Part shown: positions 60,567-64,000 of the stretch, piece by piece
Numbering within the stretch: the stretch's first letter is position 1
How the letters are laid out: every line of letters starts with the position of its first letter
DNA from: Pseudomonadota bacterium
GTDB lineage: Bacteria; Pseudomonadota; Alphaproteobacteria; Rhodobacterales; Rhodobacteraceae
Direction of reading: 5' to 3'
DNA: 64,000 nt
Assembly (NCBI GenBank): GCA_039029215.1
Contig: JBCCGP010000005.1
Span: forward strand, 4,721 to 68,720
Position numbers and translations under genes: made by a program
The notes under the pieces: model-generated
Databases searched by the model: none
Seen by the model: only the letters and a program-made list of their open reading frames with translations
What the model was told of the DNA's origin: nothing

Positions 60567-61378
60567 GCCGCTTCTCCTCTTTCTGCTATCATTTTCCAAG
60601 TGTTGCGCCCGCAAATGCCATCCACTGCGAGGTTCCAAGCGGCTTGCATTTTCCGTAATGCCGCAACAGAACGCTGGCCAAAAATGCCATCTGCCACAAT
60701 CGGGCCAAATCCCATTTCATTGAGCGCCGACTGCAAAAGCTGCGCATCCGCGCCCCTGCTGCCATAACGCACGGTTGAGAGGGGTTCAGGTTGCCCGTTC
60801 AGGACTTGAAGTGCGATTTTGGTTTTCTTGCGCCGATCTGCCAGACCATTGAAGCCGCCATTGATCAGCTTCGTGACCCGATCGACATTATTGGCATCGC
60901 AATGCGGCCAAATATTGCGCATATCAAAATACCAAAGTGCGATTTTCGTCGCGATATCAGGGTTTAGGGCCAAATCCGGCTCTTTAATAATATCAACGCC
61001 AATTGCCTTTTTCGCAGCCGTGTAATTGTTGCGCCCCGTAATTTGGATAAAACCGCGCCCGCGAAAGTTCCAACCGTCGCTGGTGCCCTTTCGGTTGCCC
61101 ATGCGACCGCCATAGACTTTGTTGGCGATCTCCATCGGCTTTCGCGCCGCTTGTTGGGCAGCTGCATTTGTTGGGTAGTATTTTCCAAAAACCCGCCGGA
61201 GCGCGCTTGCGCTGTAATTCAGATTTTCACTGACGGGTTTAAAATTGCTTTCATGTGCCAGTTGACCGATAAAATGCGCTGCCCTGAGATCGTTTTCGAA
61301 TTTGATTGTTTCGAACGCAGCAACGGATTCACTTGGAACCGTGCGCACCAATTTGCGCATCGCTTTTGCAATATGCAT
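60563..61378 (-). CDS. GH19-type endolysin with a C-terminal peptidoglycan-binding domain
   Basis: AHFIGQLAHESNF...FRGRGFIQITGRNNY...INGGFNGLADR are GH19 (phage-type chitinase/lysozyme) motifs. The C-terminus LLQSALNEMGFGPIVADGIFGQRSVAALRKMQ is PG_binding_1-like. Confidence 0.75.
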   Translation of the reverse strand: MHIAKAMRKLVRTVPSESVAAFETIKFENDLRAAHFIGQLAHESNFKPVSENLNYSASALRRVFGKYYPTNAAAQQAARKPMEIANKVYGGRMGNRKGTSDGWNFRGRGFIQITGRNNYTAAKKAIGVDIIKEPDLALNPDIATKIALWYFDMRNIWPHCDANNVDRVTKLINGGFNGLADRRKKTKIALQVLNGQPEPLSTVRYGSRGADAQLLQSALNEMGFGPIVADGIFGQRSVAALRKMQAAWNLAVDGICGRNTWKMIAERGEAA

Positions 61379-61492
61379 CCTTCTTGTCCCTTATCAAAAT
61401 GCATTCGGCCCAATGCCGAACAGATTTTTAAAAGGTAAAAGGTTTCACTTTTCGGTCAGTGTGAAAACGCACTATTTTGACAGATTGGCGCC

Positions 61493-64000
61493 TTAAATCA
61501 TGTCTTTGAGGTATTTACCTGTATAGGAGGCCTCTACTTTGGCGATTTCCTCTGGTGTTCCGGTGGCCACGATTTCGCCACCCCCATCGCCACCTTCTGG
61601 GCCGATATCGATGATATGATCTGCGGTTTTTACCACGTCCAAATTATGCTCAATCACGATAACTGAATTGCCCTGATCAACCAATTCATGCAGCACTTCT
61701 AGCAGTTTTCGAACATCTTCGAAGTGTAAACCGGTGGTTGGCTCGTCTAAAATGTACAAAGTCCGACCTGTGGACCTTTTGGACAGTTCTTTGGACAATT
61801 TCACCCTTTGCGCTTCACCGCCGGACAATGTCGTGGCTTGTTGACCGACCTTGATATACCCCAACCCCACGCGCATAAGCGCCGTCATCTTGTCACGAAT
61901 GGCAGGTACAGCTTTGAAAAACTCTTCGGCATCTTCAACGGTCATGTCCAAGACATCAGCGATGCTTTTGCCTTTGAACAGCACTTCCAAAGTTTCGCGG
62001 TTATAGCGTTTGCCTTTGCAGGTTTCGCATTCGACATACACATCCGGTAGGAAATGCATTTCGATCTTGATCACGCCGTCACCTTGGCAAGCCTCGCATC
62101 GCCCACCTTTGACATTGAAGCTAAAGCGCCCGGGTTTGTAACCACGGGCCTTCGATTCTGGTAATCCCGCAAACCATTCCCGAATGGGCGTGAATGCGCC
62201 CGTGTATGTGGCCGGGTTTGAGCGTGGCGTGCGCCCGATGGGGCGTTGGTCAATATCGATCACCTTATCAAGATAGGTAAGCCCGCGAATATCTTCACAC
62301 GGGGCTGGTGTTTGCTTGGCCCCGTTCAGGCGCATCGAGGCGGTTTTGAACAAGGTCTCGATTGTTAGAGTGGATTTGCCGCCGCCAGAGACGCCCGTGA
62401 CACAGGTAAATGTCCCAAGTGGATAATCCACGGTGACATCTTTCAGATTGTTACCCGTCGCCCCCGAAATCGTAATGGATTTTCCGTTCCCTTTGCGCCG
62501 ATCTACAGGAACGGTGATTTCCTTTTTGCCGGACAGATAATCACCGGTGATTGATCCCTTGGTTTTCTCGACCTTTTTTGGCGTGCCAAGCGCAATAATC
62601 TTGCCGCCATGCACACCTGCACCCGGCCCAATATCCAAAACATAATCAGCGGTTCGGATCGCCTCTTCGTCATGTTCGACGACAATGACCGTATTTCCCT
62701 GATCGCGCAGGTTTTCGAGCGTTTTTAGCAACCGCCCATTGTCGCGTTGATGCAACCCGATAGAGGGCTCATCCAGGACATAAAGCACACCTGTCAGGCC
62801 CGAACCGATTTGCGAGGCGAGACGAATGCGTTGGCTTTCGCCGCCTGAAAGCGTGCCAGACGATCGACTAAGCGTAAGGTAATCAAGACCAACATTTACA
62901 AGAAACCCAAGCCGTTCCCGAATTTCTTTGAGGATCGCAGCAGCAATTTCATTTTTCTGCTTTGTCAATGACTTAGGGACGCTAGCAATCCAATCCAGCG
63001 CCTCCTTAATCGACATCTCGGTCACTTGGCCGATATGCAGGCCCGCAATCTTCACCGCCAGTGCTTCGGGGCGCAGGCGGTAGCCATCGCACGCCGCGCA
63101 ATGGCGATTATTCTGATACCGTTCAAACTCTTCACGGATCCAAGCGCTGTCTGTTTCACGGTAGCGGCGCTCCATATTCGGGATCACGCCTTCGAAAGAT
63201 CGGCTGACCTCATATACGCGCCCGCCCTCATCATAGCGGAACCGGATTTCTTCCTCGCCCGAGCCATACAGCATGATTTGCTGGACCGAGGAGGGCAAAT
63301 CGCGCCAAGCGGCGTCTTTGTCGAACTCATAATGTTTCGCCAAAGCTTCGATGGTTTGCTTGAAATAAGGGCTTTTGCCCTTGGCCCATGGGGCCAAAGT
63401 ACCGTCATAAAGGGACAGCTTGGGGTCCGGCACAACAAGGCGTTCGTCAAAGAAAAGCTCTACCCCCAGCCCATCACATTCCGGGCAAGCCCCAAAGGGC
63501 GCATTGAAGGAAAACAAACGCGGTTCGATTTCTGGGATGGTAAAGCCCGAAACAGGACATGCAAAATTCTCGGAAAACGTCATCCGTTCGGCTGTTTCTT
63601 CTGCGCGTTCTAAGATCGCGATGCCATCGGCTAAATCCAGCGCGGTGCGAAAACTGTCAGCAAGGCGTGTTTCCAGCCCCTCTTTGATGACAATTCGATC
63701 GACAACTACATCGATATTATGGCGAAATTTCTTATCGAGCGTAGGCGGTTCATCGAGGTCATAAAATTCGTTATTGACTTTAACGCGTTGAAAACCTTGC
63801 TTTTTTAATTCTACGAATTCTTTGCGATACTCACCTTTGCGGTCGCGCACAATCGGGGCCAGCAGATAAGCGCGCGTGCCTTCTTCCAACGCCATGGTCC
63901 GATCCACCATGTCAGAGACTTGCTGCGCCTCGATCGGAAGGCCGGTCGCTGGCGAATATGGCGTGCCCGTGCGGGCAAACAGCAAACGCATATAGTCATA
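61493..64000 (-). CDS. uvrA: excinuclease ABC subunit A, 5'-truncated by the window edge
   Basis: The frame is open to nt 64000 (...[12 protein letters not shown]). Zinc-finger cysteines [14 protein letters not shown], two ABC signatures ([16 protein letters not shown]) and GVSGGGKST are present. Roughly the first 110-120 codons are missing. Confidence 0.93.
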   Translation of the reverse strand, partial: YDYMRLLFARTGTPYSPATGLPIEAQQVSDMVDRTMALEEGTRAYLLAPIVRDRKGEYRKEFVELKKQGFQRVKVNNEFYDLDEPPTLDKKFRHNIDVVVDRIVIKEGLETRLADSFRTALDLADGIAILERAEETAERMTFSENFACPVSGFTIPEIEPRLFSFNAPFGACPECDGLGVELFFDERLVVPDPKLSLYDGTLAPWAKGKSPYFKQTIEALAKHYEFDKDAAWRDLPSSVQQIMLYGSGEEEIRFRYDEGGRVYEVSRSFEGVIPNMERRYRETDSAWIREEFERYQNNRHCAACDGYRLRPEALAVKIAGLHIGQVTEMSIKEALDWIASVPKSLTKQKNEIAAAILKEIRERLGFLVNVGLDYLTLSRSSGTLSGGESQRIRLASQIGSGLTGVLYVLDEPSIGLHQRDNGRLLKTLENLRDQGNTVIVVEHDEEAIRTADYVLDIGPGAGVHGGKIIALGTPKKVEKTKGSITGDYLSGKKEITVPVDRRKGNGKSITISGATGNNLKDVTVDYPLGTFTCVTGVSGGGKSTLTIETLFKTASMRLNGAKQTPAPCEDIRGLTYLDKVIDIDQRPIGRTPRSNPATYTGAFTPIREWFAGLPESKARGYKPGRFSFNVKGGRCEACQGDGVIKIEMHFLPDVYVECETCKGKRYNRETLEVLFKGKSIADVLDMTVEDAEEFFKAVPAIRDKMTALMRVGLGYIKVGQQATTLSGGEAQRVKLSKELSKRSTGRTLYILDEPTTGLHFEDVRKLLEVLHELVDQGNSVIVIEHNLDVVKTADHIIDIGPEGGDGGGEIVATGTPEEIAKVEASYTGKYLKDMI

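Noticed and set aside
59853-61378. Prophage or prophage remnant
   Set aside because: Only the lysis pair is present. No integrase, repressor, terminase, capsid or tail genes and no att-like repeats flank it. A domesticated (GTA-type) cassette is the better reading.

Overview
This is a gene-dense, almost entirely coding core-chromosome window from an alphaproteobacterium. Synteny and gene content point to Rhodobacterales: ALA-synthase hemA, DUF4167-prmC-prfA, a GTA-type lysis pair, and cysI with DUF2849/DUF934. G+C is roughly 50% by eye and was not computed. I saw no rRNA, tRNA, CRISPR array, transposase or integrase. Read left to right, the window contains: purM(3' end)-purN; a secreted protein coupled to a TfoX_C protein; ndk; an ABC-F ATPase coupled to a membrane clan-AA aspartic protease; pepA; the envelope/16S block lptF-lptG-lptD-surA-pdxA-rsmA; DUF4167-prmC-prfA; DUF1499-ispG-rodZ-like; hemA; a MarR regulator; sdhE; an aspartate aminotransferase; a visibly AT-rich orphan gene next to a 34-bp perfect palindrome; lrp divergent from a sulfate-assimilation operon (DUF2849-cysI-cysH-DUF934-fpr); a four-gene bufferin-type RiPP metallophore operon (DUF2282 precursor, DUF692 MNIO enzyme, DUF2063 partner, DoxX); an aldose epimerase; a purine block (8-oxoguanine-deaminase-like amidohydrolase, an NCS2 permease, xdhABC and a BMP-type ABC importer) interrupted by glpD; a long SUF Fe-S operon (Rrf2 regulator, NifS-like desulfurase, sufB, two small membrane proteins, sufC, sufD, a multipass membrane protein, sufS); an alpha/beta hydrolase; anmK; tyrS; a DUF3179 protein; two cyclophilins; coaD; a GH19 endolysin plus 3-TM holin-like pair; and most of uvrA. 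The most interesting loci are the bufferin operon with its internal attenuator hairpin, the isolated endolysin/holin cassette, the membrane-protein genes inside the SUF operon (one is 59 codons and absent from the ORF track), and the AT-rich orphan gene with its palindrome. Functional calls rest on motifs I recognise in the translations and on synteny. No database search was run.
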